From: a virus
Taxonomy: Duplodnaviria; Caudoviricetes
Reading direction: 5' to 3' (one strand)
Length of the DNA: 55,101 bases
Virus record (IMG/VR): IMGVR_UViG_3300024265_000006
Coordinates: 1 to 55,101 of that record
A program made the position numbers and the translations under genes. Positions 16,592 through 25,738 of this stretch are shown here, piece after piece. The notes under the pieces were generated by a model. It was given only the letters and a program-made list of their open reading frames with translations. It ran no database searches and was not told the origin of the DNA. Within the stretch, counting starts at the first letter, position 1. The number at the start of each line of letters is the position of its first letter.

Positions 16592-16692
16592 CTGTTAGTT
16601 TGTTAGCCTCCATATTAGAGGTTGTTTATTGTTTTGTATCTACTACCTTAGTCTATGCCGCGCTGTTAACGCGGCTGTTGTTTATGTATTCG

Positions 16693-17193
16693 TCAAAATG
16701 GAATGTCGTCGTCCCATCCGTCATCTAAGTCAGGCGCTTGAGCTGGCTGCTGTTGCGGCGCTTGACGTTGCACTGGTTGCTGTTGGTAGCCACCTTGTGG
16801 AGCTGACTGTTGCTGTCTTGCTGGTTGCTGACCTTGGCCACTTGGCGGATCTAACATTTGCATAACACTTGAGAATCCATCTAAAACAATCTCAGTTGTA
16901 TAGCGATCGGCCCCGCTTTGATCTTTCCATTTGCGAGTCTGAAGTTTTCCCTCAATATAAATTTTCGAGCCTTTGCGCAAATACTCACCAGCGATTTCCG
17001 CGAGCTTGCCAAAGATAGCCACCCGATGCCATTCGGTTTTTTCTTTCTTCTCGCCTGTCTGCTTATCCTTCCACGCTTCAGAAGTTGCCAGAGAGATATT
17101 TGCAACAGCACCCCCGTTTCGCATATATCTTATTTCAGGATCTTGACCTAAAACCCCAAGGATTGTTACTTTATTTACTCCACGTTGTGCCAT
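16693..17193 (-). CDS. ssb: Single-stranded DNA-binding protein
   Basis: MAQRGVNKV...TEWHRV...[19 protein letters not shown], Gln-rich linker and DDDIPF tail. Confidence 0.98.
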   Translation of the reverse strand: MAQRGVNKVTILGVLGQDPEIRYMRNGGAVANISLATSEAWKDKQTGEKKEKTEWHRVAIFGKLAEIAGEYLRKGSKIYIEGKLQTRKWKDQSGADRYTTEIVLDGFSSVMQMLDPPSGQGQQPARQQQSAPQGGYQQQPVQRQAPQQQPAQAPDLDDGWDDDIPF

Positions 17194-17197
17194 GATG

Positions 17198-17779
17198 TTA
17201 CCCTTTAATTAGTTTATTTAATGATTCGATTTGCTGACCATTTAAGTTAGGCCATGCTTTAGCTATTGATCCTTGCCAGTTTTCTTGGACAAAACCGACA
17301 TCATTGTTTTTAATTGCCTCGTTGATTAAATCAATTTCGGGAGCCATTTGTTTAGCTGCTTTAGCCTGTATTTTGACGTTGCAGGCGTCTTCATCTTCTT
17401 GAGTCATGCCAATGATAGCTGTGTAAGCATAACGTCGCATATAGGTGATTGATGCGCCCATTGCTTGAGCTGGATTCTTGCCCGCACCGCCTTGAAGTAC
17501 CGCCTTTTCCATAACAAACGCGTCACGCATCCATTCTCCGCTTGAGTGAGTCAGCATAGTGGTTAAAGTTGTGCCTTTATCTGATTGCCCCAATAACTGA
17601 GTGACCGCCAAATTATGCTTTAAAAGCGGCTCACGTGCAGTTTCGATACATTGAGCAAGGTCGGCATATTTGTAACCGTGACCAGCCTTGCTTTTTGCTG
17701 CCATGGTTAGCTCGCCTTGAAACAATACGAAAGCAGCGAATAGCTCACTTGTTTTTTCTGACATTTCCATATTAATCAT
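17198..17779 (-). CDS. erf: ERF-family single-strand annealing recombinase
   Basis: YKYADL...THSSGEW...[13 protein letters not shown]...EDEDA. Confidence 0.92.
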   Translation of the reverse strand: MINMEMSEKTSELFAAFVLFQGELTMAAKSKAGHGYKYADLAQCIETAREPLLKHNLAVTQLLGQSDKGTTLTTMLTHSSGEWMRDAFVMEKAVLQGGAGKNPAQAMGASITYMRRYAYTAIIGMTQEDEDACNVKIQAKAAKQMAPEIDLINEAIKNNDVGFVQENWQGSIAKAWPNLNGQQIESLNKLIKG

Positions 17780-17865
17780 TCCAGAAGGCGCGATCCGCCT
17801 CAGTTAGTTGCTCTAAAGTCAAGCCGATTCTTTCGGCGCATTCTTCCATAAACTTTAACTCCGAA

Positions 17866-18138
17866 TCATTCATGTCTAGCCCCTTTTGGATAAACCATGT
17901 CGGAAGTCAATGCCTTAACTTTGATAGCCTCGTTGTTTTGCTTTCGTAGCTTATACATTAACTCGCGGAACCTTTGATCTGAATCAACTCGCGCCTGCAC
18001 TCTTGCTTGATGCCGTAACGCTGAGTTTTCTACGCTAATCTTATCGCCTAGCGCTTCATGCTGCGCCATTTGCTCGATGGCTCCGGCCAATGCTTCGGCA
18101 TTAGTTGCATAACATCGGCGAGACATCAGGCCGCTCAC
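17866..18138 (-). CDS. Hypothetical protein
   Basis: 90-aa ORF. Confidence 0.5.
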   Translation of the reverse strand: MSGLMSRRCYATNAEALAGAIEQMAQHEALGDKISVENSALRHQARVQARVDSDQRFRELMYKLRKQNNEAIKVKALTSDMVYPKGARHE

Positions 18139-18299
18139 TTTTTGCCCCCAAATAACCGCCTGTGCTTTGCGGCCACTGCGTCAGCTAAAATCTTAGTGCG
18201 AGCCTTTCCAACTGGAATATTATCAACAGCTTTAATTTCCTGTTGTTGCTTAATTGTTAGGTCGGACATTTGAACGTCCATATTTTTAGTTTTCATTTG

Positions 18300-18456
18300 C
18301 TACCTCGCTTCGTTTTGATGCGTTCATAATTACACGCTATCAAATTACTGTCAACAACTTTATACCTTTAAAAATACCTTTGATTTATCCTTGAAAATAT
18401 ACTTGACTTACTAAAGCCTCACATAGTAACGTATCTAAAACAAAGGGAGAGCCACC
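18300..18456. promoter_or_regulatory. Divergent control region between the leftward and rightward arms
   Basis: Coding strand switches here; leftward TTGACA at ~18349-18354, rightward TTGACT at ~18403-18408, and ATACCTTT repeated at 18362 and 18374. Confidence 0.6.
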
Positions 18457-18675
18457 ATGACAGCACAGCAATTCACATACAGACCGGTAACAATCGATAT
18501 AGCAGGCCAAGAAATAGAGTTAGAAGTCTCTGGCGAGATAGATTCAAGCGGCAAAGTCTTTTTAGATGAGCTCTACCATAAAGCCGACAAAATCTATTCA
18601 GATCACGTTGAAGACATGCTAAAAATTCAGGTGGTTCGTGATTCGATTGAGAATCAGATAAAGGGGCGTAAATAA
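18457..18675 (+). CDS. Hypothetical protein
   Basis: 72 aa with a GGGAG RBS; first rightward gene. Confidence 0.65.
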   Translation: MTAQQFTYRPVTIDIAGQEIELEVSGEIDSSGKVFLDELYHKADKIYSDHVEDMLKIQVVRDSIENQIKGRK

Positions 18676-18908
18676 TGAGGCGGTTAACACAGCAAGAGAT
18701 TGATAAAGCGCCTGACTGGGCAACGCATTACTTCATTGGAGCAAGAAGTGAAAAGGTTATATTTATCAACAAGAGCAGTAAGCACTATAAATACCAAGGA
18801 GCCGTTGTAACTAGAAGTATTAGCGACGGTGACAACGATCTATTTATAAGAAAGTCAAAACCAATACTAAGCAAGCCGATCAAACTAACAGTGAGCGACT
18901 TATCATGA
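18675..18908 (+). CDS. Hypothetical protein, APxWATHY family
   Basis: MRRLTQQEIDKAPDWATHY; N-terminus shared with 25370-25738. Confidence 0.65.
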   Translation: MRRLTQQEIDKAPDWATHYFIGARSEKVIFINKSSKHYKYQGAVVTRSISDGDNDLFIRKSKPILSKPIKLTVSDLS

Positions 18909-19075
18909 ACTGGGATAAATTTTGTAATAGCCCGTGGGCTATCGTCTTAGCCGTCATTATAGGAGTAGCCATCAATGCCATATAAAAAACACGCAAAACG
19001 TTGGTTTTGGTTCTTGTTTGTAGTATTCGCAATTATCGAAGCCTATTCATTCGTTAATATAATTGAGGTGATGCA

Positions 19076-19384
19076 ATGGTAAATTTTAAATTCAAAGAAG
19101 GTGATTACGTTGAAATAATAAAATCACAATCAGGAAGTGAAGGGCACAGATTTATTATTAGTAAGTTTGGGGTTAAAAATCTAGTTAACGAAGATGGTAC
19201 GCTTTACGCAAAAGAACGCAAAAGCTATAAGACAGACTTGAAAACTACAAGTATCGGCAACTTTAAATGGTCGGAAGAGTCAAATTTAAAGCTAGTAAAC
19301 CCAGATACTGACGCTATATCAAAGTCAAGCTTCAGTGAAATTATAAACGAAATATCTAATTTCTCACTAATAACGGAGCAATAA
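19076..19384 (+). CDS. Hypothetical protein (SH3-like FKxGDxV start)
   Basis: 102 aa with a GAGG RBS. Confidence 0.6.
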   Translation: MVNFKFKEGDYVEIIKSQSGSEGHRFIISKFGVKNLVNEDGTLYAKERKSYKTDLKTTSIGNFKWSEESNLKLVNPDTDAISKSSFSEIINEISNFSLITEQ

Positions 19385-19386
19385 TC

Positions 19387-19584
19387 ATGGCAGATTTCAT
19401 ATTTAATCAAACACCAGACGAGCAGCAAGCCGGTCAGTTAAAAATCGAAGCCAACAGCATCAACAAGATTAGAAAGGCTAACGAGATGATTCAAACTAAA
19501 AAGGGTAACGCATTAAGAAAGCGAGCGGCCAATGCGGAAAACGCAGCCTGGTTATTAAACGAACTTAAAGAATCGTGGGAGTAA
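19387..19584 (+). CDS. Hypothetical protein
   Basis: 65 aa with a GGAG RBS. Confidence 0.55.
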   Translation: MADFIFNQTPDEQQAGQLKIEANSINKIRKANEMIQTKKGNALRKRAANAENAAWLLNELKESWE

Positions 19585-19587
19585 ATC

Positions 19588-19800
19588 ATGCCAGGTTTCG
19601 TAATTAACAAATCAAAGAATAGGCCATCAGTTAAGGTTGGCGACAAATACCCTAACAAGCACTCTAGCGACCAGGTAACCGTCACTATGTATTGCAACTA
19701 TAACAACGTAACAGTTAAATTCAGCGATGGTCGCGAGGGATTTGGTTCGGTGCTGGCGCTCAGGGCTGGGACAATTAGACCTATTGGAGAGGTAAAGTGA
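19588..19800 (+). CDS. Small protein resembling the N-terminal module of the 28799 endonuclease
   Basis: VKVGDKY...VTVKFSDG...LRAGTIR aligns by eye with VKLGGIY...VLVRFFDT...VKRGTVK. Confidence 0.55.
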   Translation: MPGFVINKSKNRPSVKVGDKYPNKHSSDQVTVTMYCNYNNVTVKFSDGREGFGSVLALRAGTIRPIGEVK

Positions 19801-19956
19801 GCGTATTAAAAGTTATCAAGAAAGTATCAGACGAAAAGCTCACATACAGCCTAATGAAATCTGACACAAAGTTTTATGTTCACATTAACAATCACGTCAA
19901 CAACGAGAACGCTGTGATAGTTCCATTATCAAAGCTGGGCGAATTACTAACACATA

Positions 19957-20442
19957 TTGAGGAGTGATAAAATGAGTAAACGATACGGAAGACAGCAGAA
20001 ACGGAAGCACAAAGCGTTAATTGAGGAGCTTCAAAAGCAAGTTGCTAACGTTTCCAGGGATATTAGCGTGGCAAAAAATATTATTGATGTTGCATACAAA
20101 ATTTGCCCAAATTCGATATGTTTCGAGCCTGCAAAAATCAATCAAAATACATGGGAATTTCGCGGCCATAGCGCAATGATTGTAAATCTCAACCCTTGGG
20201 ATCATGGCGGCGAGTCGGCGGGTATACAAATAGATGCCAGAGCAATAAACTTATATCAACTTGAGGCCGAATTAAGGGGTAGCGGTTTCGCTGACGCTAT
20301 TCACTTTGAAGCTTCTTTATGGTCAGAACGTGAAGGAGGATATAGATCAGCCTATCGAATAAGCAAAGAAGGTATTAAGTATGTAAGCAAGGATCGAACA
20401 ACAAGGGAGCTGGCCGAACATTTAGTTGGTCAAGTAATCTAG
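19957..20442 (+). CDS. Hypothetical protein
   Basis: ~156-161 aa; likely start MSKRYGR at 19972. Confidence 0.65.
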   Translation: MRSDKMSKRYGRQQKRKHKALIEELQKQVANVSRDISVAKNIIDVAYKICPNSICFEPAKINQNTWEFRGHSAMIVNLNPWDHGGESAGIQIDARAINLYQLEAELRGSGFADAIHFEASLWSEREGGYRSAYRISKEGIKYVSKDRTTRELAEHLVGQVI

Positions 20443-20492
20443 CACAATCAAGCGCTTTAACAACCACTAAACTATGACCGATAAAGGGGATA

Positions 20493-20723
20493 ATGATGAA
20501 ATGTAAACCGTCAAGCGAGTGGCACGAAGATTTAGGCGCATCAATTTTCATTAGCTTTAGCAAAGATGAAAGCGGTAATATTCTTGGTGAGCCACCAGAG
20601 CTTTATTACGGAAGCGGATATTTAGAGGAAGATTTCGACTTTGAAAAATGGACCCATTATATAGATGGCGACTTCAATTTTATATTTTCAGATGCCGACC
20701 CCTTAAATTTCCCACCACGGTAA
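20493..20723 (+). CDS. Hypothetical acidic protein
   Basis: 76 aa with a GGGG RBS. Confidence 0.6.
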   Translation: MMKCKPSSEWHEDLGASIFISFSKDESGNILGEPPELYYGSGYLEEDFDFEKWTHYIDGDFNFIFSDADPLNFPPR

Positions 20724-20732
20724 CCACCCACC

Positions 20733-20756
20733 AAGCCCTCACTCCGAGGGCTTTTT
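20733..20756 (+). terminator. Intrinsic terminator between convergent genes
   Basis: AAGCCCTC-actcc-GAGGGCTT-TTT. Confidence 0.75.
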
Positions 20757-20765
20757 GCCAAAAAG

Positions 20766-21068
20766 TTACGCTTTGTCGTGTAGGTTCTGTTTTAGAAGGT
20801 AGCCCTCAAGCTGCCAAATCTTATTAACAGCGTTTGATCTCGCAATCTTTCGCCCCAGTTCAGCGTTAAAGTTTTCAGGACTAGCACACGCAGACTCACC
20901 AATAACAGTGTAGCCATTTTCAAGTGTCAGCAAGCACGCGGTAAACGTTGTGCCAGCAAAAACATGATACTGCTCGGACGCGATAACTTGCTCTAGTCGC
21001 TCTGGTGTTACCCGTGGAGCCGTTAAGCCTTTTTCGATAATTTCTTTTTCAATCTTTAGATCAGTCAT
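20766..21068 (-). CDS. N4 Gp49/Sf6 gp66-family protein (Acb4-like nucleotide-sponge candidate)
   Basis: TAPRVTPERL...TACLLTLENGYTVIGESACASPENFNAELGRKIA...IWQLEGYLL is the family signature; likely start MTDLKIE at 21068. Confidence 0.85.
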   Translation of the reverse strand: MTDLKIEKEIIEKGLTAPRVTPERLEQVIASEQYHVFAGTTFTACLLTLENGYTVIGESACASPENFNAELGRKIARSNAVNKIWQLEGYLLKQNLHDKA

Positions 21069-21153
21069 TTTATCAATCTCTTTTTCAGTCTTGCCAAATT
21101 GGCCCATTAATTATAACACGTTTTCTTTTGCCAAAAACAAATCAATCAAAGTG

Positions 21154-21191
21154 TTGACGTGGACACGAATATAATTAATAATGTGTACACA
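21154..21191 (+). promoter_or_regulatory. Promoter region with GTGGACAC and TGTGTACACA palindromes
   Basis: TTGACG at 21154, AT-rich -10 region, near-palindrome at 21159-21166 and perfect 10-bp palindrome at 21182-21191. Confidence 0.6.
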
Positions 21192-21211
21192 ATCTAAATA
21201 AAGGAAGTGTC

Positions 21212-21493
21212 ATGCAAACTCAATCAGGATTAAAGGCAATAATACTAGTAACCGAGTTTAATCAATCAGTAGTTGTTGAAGAAACCAGCGGTAATATTAA
21301 CTTCATTGAAGATATAAAAAATTACAACGGTTACGTCGAAGATATTTTTTATGAAATGGAAACGCCGACCGAAAAAGGCTTTTATGAATTCAATGGCCAA
21401 GCTGATGTTAGCACTGATATTAACGGTCATATCGACGAGGTAAATTACTCAGGTGAATTCGTAAAAGTTGACGAGTTCAAATTCAAACAATAA
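21212..21493 (+). CDS. Hypothetical acidic protein
   Basis: 93 aa with an AAGGA RBS. Confidence 0.6.
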   Translation: MQTQSGLKAIILVTEFNQSVVVEETSGNINFIEDIKNYNGYVEDIFYEMETPTEKGFYEFNGQADVSTDINGHIDEVNYSGEFVKVDEFKFKQ

Positions 21494-21507
21494 AACAAGG
21501 AATCGCA

Positions 21508-21711
21508 ATGGAAAAGTTGAATGTAAGATTTAATGATGGCACAAAGGCAGAGATAAAATCTATCTCGCAGAAGACAGGGCTAAGCGAGTCAGTTATAGCA
21601 AGAGCGGCCTTAAACAGAGGACTAGGCAGACTTAACTCAATCATTGAACTAGAAAGCACGAAAGAATGCGTTGACGTTATTTCGACTTACGAACCGTTTT
21701 ACAACTCATAA
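21508..21711 (+). CDS. Ribbon-helix-helix (Arc/CopG-like) DNA-binding protein
   Basis: KLNVRF strand followed by ...TGLSESVIARAALNRGL. Confidence 0.65.
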   Translation: MEKLNVRFNDGTKAEIKSISQKTGLSESVIARAALNRGLGRLNSIIELESTKECVDVISTYEPFYNS

Positions 21712-21761
21712 AAAATCCCGCAGCAACGGGATAATTATTTAACTAAGAAGGTGATTGTATC

Positions 21762-22397
21762 ATGGAAAAATTATTTTACTTAACAAGTCGGCATGGCAAC
21801 TGCGGCGACAATGTAATGTTTCACAATAAAAACGGCGCAGGCTACGGCACCGATCTTGATGGTCTTCGCTTATACACCATTGAGAAAGCACAGGAAGAAC
21901 TAAATCATGACATAAGATCGTTACCCCTCCTAAAGTCTGCCGTCGACGCTGTATCTATCACAGCTGTTGATTGCCAATACATTGATAACAAGCTAACTGT
22001 TCATGATCAAAATGATGAGTATGTGGTTCAAATCAAACAATTGTGGAACGGAAATGACATTGCTTTTGCAGTGATGGGCGGTCATACGTTTGATTATGGT
22101 AAGGCGTCCGTGCTTTCTCTTGATGATGCCCAATCAATTAGTGGCGCAGATACTAACATTTGGGCTAAATCATATTTGGATAAAATTTGCCGTCGAACAT
22201 TTCAAGAGCAAAATATCAACACAAGAAAGATGATTACATGCCCGGGCATTAAATATAAGAAACCCAGAAAGCCAAGACCAACATCAGGCAAGGAACGCTG
22301 GAACTGTCCGTCATGCGGTCGAATATCTTGGCAATATAACCCGTATGATTTTGAAGGTTGTAACGATTACAGCTGTAAAGAGTGGAGATTTAATTAA
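21762..22397 (+). CDS. Conserved phage hypothetical protein with C-terminal zinc ribbon
   Basis: Two related G(D/N)x(V/I)xF...Y(G/T)xD modules and a CPSCG...C...C tail. Confidence 0.7.
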   Translation: MEKLFYLTSRHGNCGDNVMFHNKNGAGYGTDLDGLRLYTIEKAQEELNHDIRSLPLLKSAVDAVSITAVDCQYIDNKLTVHDQNDEYVVQIKQLWNGNDIAFAVMGGHTFDYGKASVLSLDDAQSISGADTNIWAKSYLDKICRRTFQEQNINTRKMITCPGIKYKKPRKPRPTSGKERWNCPSCGRISWQYNPYDFEGCNDYSCKEWRFN

Positions 22398-22468
22398 TGT
22401 CAGCTAAGTGGGCTTTTTGCCTTAGGATAAATAATACGTTTAATTTAAGGGAAAGTTTGATAAAGCCC

Positions 22469-22492
22469 AAGCCCGATTAATTCGGGTTTTTT
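22469..22492 (+). terminator. Intrinsic terminator
   Basis: GCCCGA-ttaat-TCGGGT-TTTTT. Confidence 0.75.
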
Positions 22493-22516
22493 ATTGCCTG
22501 TGTCAAATTAAATGTG

Positions 22517-22544
22517 TTGACCATTGTAAATATGTACGTATACT
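22517..22544 (+). promoter_or_regulatory. Promoter TTGACC-16-TATACT for the replication operon
   Basis: Upstream of the Phd-like gene; overlapped by TGTA/GTAC motifs. Confidence 0.6.
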
Positions 22545-22575
22545 TGTAGTGGTACCAATCAGATATGGAGTTAAT

Positions 22576-22737
22576 ATGTTTTTACAAGAATTTAATAGCA
22601 CATCAATGCAACGCAAACCTGCCGTTGTTTTTGATGCGGCACTTAAGCAACCTATTATTATTAGTCGTCAATCACATGAAAGCGTGGTTATGTTAAGCAA
22701 AAAAGAATACGCAAAATTAGTAAAAGCAGCGCAATAA
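22576..22737 (+). CDS. Phd/YefM-family antitoxin-like protein (orphan)
   Basis: FNSTSMQRKPAVVFDAALKQPIIISRQSHESVVMLSKKEYAKL matches the Phd/YefM fold pattern; GGAG RBS before ATG 22576. Confidence 0.8.
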   Translation: MFLQEFNSTSMQRKPAVVFDAALKQPIIISRQSHESVVMLSKKEYAKLVKAAQ

Positions 22738-22786
22738 AAAACCGGCCAGACACCGGTTAGTTAATTAAGCAACGAGGTAATTATAC

Positions 22787-23521
22787 ATGAGCAAGAATAA
22801 AAAATCATTCTTGATACATATTGATAGCTTGGACATCCTTGATGATCTTACCAATGAACAAGCTGGTGAGCTATTTAATGCCATTAGGTCGCATCAAGTT
22901 GGTGAAGAAATAGAGCTTCATGGCGTTGTAAGAATTGCATTTTCACCATTTAAAAACCAATTTAAGCGTGATGATGAAAAGTATCAAATTACGTGTAAAC
23001 GTAGAGCTGAAGCGGGTTCGCTAGGAGGCAAGCAAAAGGTAGCAAATGCTAGCAAAAGCAAGCAAACCATAGCAAACGTAGCAGATAATAAAACAAAGAA
23101 TAAGAATAAAACAAATAATGATAGTGATAGTGATCTTAAAGATCCTATGTCGTGCAAGCCCGACGTTGTGGAAATTATTAATCACATGAATTCGGTGATC
23201 GGGACTAAATACAAAACGTCAACCAAGTCACATATTCAAAATATTAGCGCTAGGTTGTCGGAAGGTCACAGTGTTGACGATTTGAAAAAAGTGATCGACT
23301 TTAAATATTCACAATGGGGGAATAGTCAAGAAATGGCAGGATTCCTTAGGCCTTCAACTTTATTTCAAACTAGTAAGTTTCAAGGATATTTAACGGCATC
23401 GAAAACTGTTAGCACAGGTCAACATCGAGACATTAACAAAATCGGCACTGACTTTTCACAGCCAGCAGGTTTTAAGAAAATGATATTTAACGATCAAGGG
23501 GAGCATATCGGATATGAGTGA
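22787..23521 (+). CDS. Phage replication initiator (DUF6291-like N-terminus, conserved phage C-terminal domain)
   Basis: KKSFLIH...LTNEQAGELF...DDEKY...R.EAG.LGG and ARLSEG...FLRPSTLF..SKFQGYL; internal iterons; upstream of a DnaC-like gene. Confidence 0.85.
   Translation: MSKNKKSFLIHIDSLDILDDLTNEQAGELFNAIRSHQVGEEIELHGVVRIAFSPFKNQFKRDDEKYQITCKRRAEAGSLGGKQKVANASKSKQTIANVADNKTKNKNKTNNDSDSDLKDPMSCKPDVVEIINHMNSVIGTKYKTSTKSHIQNISARLSEGHSVDDLKKVIDFKYSQWGNSQEMAGFLRPSTLFQTSKFQGYLTASKTVSTGQHRDINKIGTDFSQPAGFKKMIFNDQGEHIGYE
23031..23120 (+). repeat. Iteron-like AGCAAA repeats plus A-rich tract (probable origin)
   Basis: AGCAAA at 23031, 23041, 23051, 23061 and 23071 (10-bp phase) and AGCAGA at 23080, followed by an A/T-rich run. 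Confidence 0.7.
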
Positions 23522-23771
23522 AATAGGAGATGTATTCGCGGCCTTGGCTGAGCGGAAGAAATTAAAAAAGAAATCCAATATCGAGCATTCGACATACCTA
23601 CTTATCGACAAAGGATTTGATATCGACATTAGAAATAATGGCGCTCATTTGATTGTTAGCCACAACTCTAAGATTGCTGACTTTTGGCCTTCAACTGGAA
23701 AGTTTAATATTCGGGGTGAATCTGGCTATGGTCGAGGCGTTAAAAATCTAATAAAAAAGATGGGAGGTTAA
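23514..23771 (+). CDS. Conserved phage hypothetical protein
   Basis: NNGAHLIV...ADFWPSTGKF...GRGVKNLI. Confidence 0.7.
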   Translation: MSEIGDVFAALAERKKLKKKSNIEHSTYLLIDKGFDIDIRNNGAHLIVSHNSKIADFWPSTGKFNIRGESGYGRGVKNLIKKMGG

Positions 23772-23772
23772 G

Positions 23773-24504
23773 GTGTCAGATAAATCAACTTACAGGCGGT
23801 TGCTTGCCCAATCAACCAAAGAAAAGCCTAAGTATAGCTATCAGGATTTGCTAGCGCTACGACAGCAAGGCGAACGCGACACAACGCAGGCCTTCGTACA
23901 GCAACATGAAGAGCACGCCAGCAAATCGATTATAGGGCGCTCTGGTATATTGCCAATTCATCAAAGTTGCTCATTAAAAAGCTATGTCGTTAACTGCGAA
24001 GGGCAGCAATATGCCCGAGGCTATGCCGAATGGTTTATTAATAACTTTCACTTAAATAACGGCAGTAGCTTTATTTTTGGCGGCACTACCGGAACAGGCA
24101 AAAATCATTTGTCAGCAGCAATATGCAACGCGCTAATGGAACAAAGCAAGCGATGCCTGATAATCACAGTGTCAGAGCTGATGATGCGCTTAAACAGCTG
24201 CTACGGCGATAACGCCAAAATGACCGAGGAGCAATTTTTCGACGGCATGGTTAGATTAGACTTACTTGTCATTGATGAGGTTGGCTTGGGCAGAACATCA
24301 AACAACGCATCAAACAACGAGAAGCTGGCGATCAACCAAATTGTCGACAAGCGTTTATGCCATCTAAAGCCGACCGGAATATTAACCAATCTCGGCCAAG
24401 AAGAAATTAACACTCAATTAGGCGTCCGCATTATGGACAGAATGAGAAACGACGGCGGTCAGTGGGTTCAATTTAAATGGCCTAGCCACAGAAATCAGGG
24501 GTAA
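23773..24504 (+). CDS. dnaC: DnaC/IstB-like AAA+ helicase loader
   Basis: Walker A GTTGTGKNHL, Walker B LLVIDEVG, plus ILTNL and RIMDRM. Confidence 0.92.
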   Translation: MSDKSTYRRLLAQSTKEKPKYSYQDLLALRQQGERDTTQAFVQQHEEHASKSIIGRSGILPIHQSCSLKSYVVNCEGQQYARGYAEWFINNFHLNNGSSFIFGGTTGTGKNHLSAAICNALMEQSKRCLIITVSELMMRLNSCYGDNAKMTEEQFFDGMVRLDLLVIDEVGLGRTSNNASNNEKLAINQIVDKRLCHLKPTGILTNLGQEEINTQLGVRIMDRMRNDGGQWVQFKWPSHRNQG

Positions 24505-24510
24505 ATAATT

Positions 24511-25398
24511 ATGGAAGCAATAAAAATGAAATCACCAGCGCTAAGATATCACGGCGCGAAGTTTAGACTGTCACCTTGGGTTATAAGTCATTTTCCAGAA
24601 CATAAATATTATATTGAGCCATATGGCGGTGCTGCAGGTGTGCTTTTAAATAAGCCTCGATGTAAAGCAGAGGTATATAACGATTTGGATGGTGATATTG
24701 TTAATTTTTTCCAAGTGGTTAGAGATTCACATACCAGGCAGGAATTAATCGAAAAATTACAAATGACTCCGTACAGCCGTGATGAATTTGATAAGGCTTA
24801 TGAATATAGTGATGACGTTATTGAGCGAGCTAGACGAACAGCTATCAGAGCAACAATGGGATTTGGTTCTGGTGGCACTTCGATGAGTAAAACTGGATTT
24901 AGATCAGATCTAAAACGTGATTACGGAACAGCGATGGATTTATGGGTTAAGTATCCTGATTCTCTAGCTGCTGTTGGCCAACGCTTTCTAGGCGTTCAAA
25001 TTGAAAATAGACCTGCAGTTGATTTGATGCTTAAACATGATAACGAAGATACTCTTCATTATGTTGATCCTCCATATATGTTACACACAAGAAATTTAGG
25101 CAATCGAAATAGAACATATAGAAATGAACTTTCTGATAATGATCATTTCGAGTTACTGCAGGTGTTGAAAAAACTTTCTGGCCACATAGTTTTAAGCGGC
25201 TACGATACTGAACTATATAACGACATTTTAAGCGGATGGAAAAAAGAAATGAAACCATCTCGTATCAGCGCAGGGCGAGGCACTAAAACAAAAATCGAAT
25301 GCCTTTGGTTGAAAATTAATCAAACAACGGCCATTGATTTAACTGGCCAAGTCATCGAGGGTGATAATTATGAGAGAACTAACACAGAAAGAAATTGA
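24511..25398 (+). CDS. dam: Dam-like (D12 class) DNA adenine methyltransferase; specificity not established
   Basis: RYHGAK, YIEPYGGAA, EVYNDLD, YVDPPY and VLSGY. Confidence 0.92.
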   Translation: MEAIKMKSPALRYHGAKFRLSPWVISHFPEHKYYIEPYGGAAGVLLNKPRCKAEVYNDLDGDIVNFFQVVRDSHTRQELIEKLQMTPYSRDEFDKAYEYSDDVIERARRTAIRATMGFGSGGTSMSKTGFRSDLKRDYGTAMDLWVKYPDSLAAVGQRFLGVQIENRPAVDLMLKHDNEDTLHYVDPPYMLHTRNLGNRNRTYRNELSDNDHFELLQVLKKLSGHIVLSGYDTELYNDILSGWKKEMKPSRISAGRGTKTKIECLWLKINQTTAIDLTGQVIEGDNYERTNTERN

Positions 25399-25738
25399 TA
25401 ACGCGCCTAGTTGGGCAACGCATTATGATGCGGTTGGTGAAAGCATTATGTTTGAGTCGAAAGGTAGTACACAAATGATGATAAAGGGTGAGCTTGGTAA
25501 TTTTATACCTTTTGGGCCCGTTTCGGAACATTCAATACCAATCCCGCACAAAGAGTTTGATATTAGTGAGTATGAGTTTAGCGATTGCGATATTCAATCT
25601 GTGATGGTTGATGGTTGCGAGGGTCACGAATATATACACATTTCTTTCAAGGAAGAAACCATCGAGCTAACGCAAAGCCGATTCGACGTAATAGCAATGG
25701 CTAAAGCCCTCAAGTTAACAGCGGATGAATTGAAATGA
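25370..25738 (+). CDS. Hypothetical protein, APxWATHY family
   Basis: MRELTQKEIDNAPSWATHY. Confidence 0.65.
   Translation: MRELTQKEIDNAPSWATHYDAVGESIMFESKGSTQMMIKGELGNFIPFGPVSEHSIPIPHKEFDISEYEFSDCDIQSVMVDGCEGHEYIHISFKEETIELTQSRFDVIAMAKALKLTADELK

Noticed and set aside
23031-23090. CRISPR or guide-RNA array
   Set aside because: The repeats are 6 bp with 4-bp spacers inside a coding gene; no cas, Nop-domain or similar gene is present.
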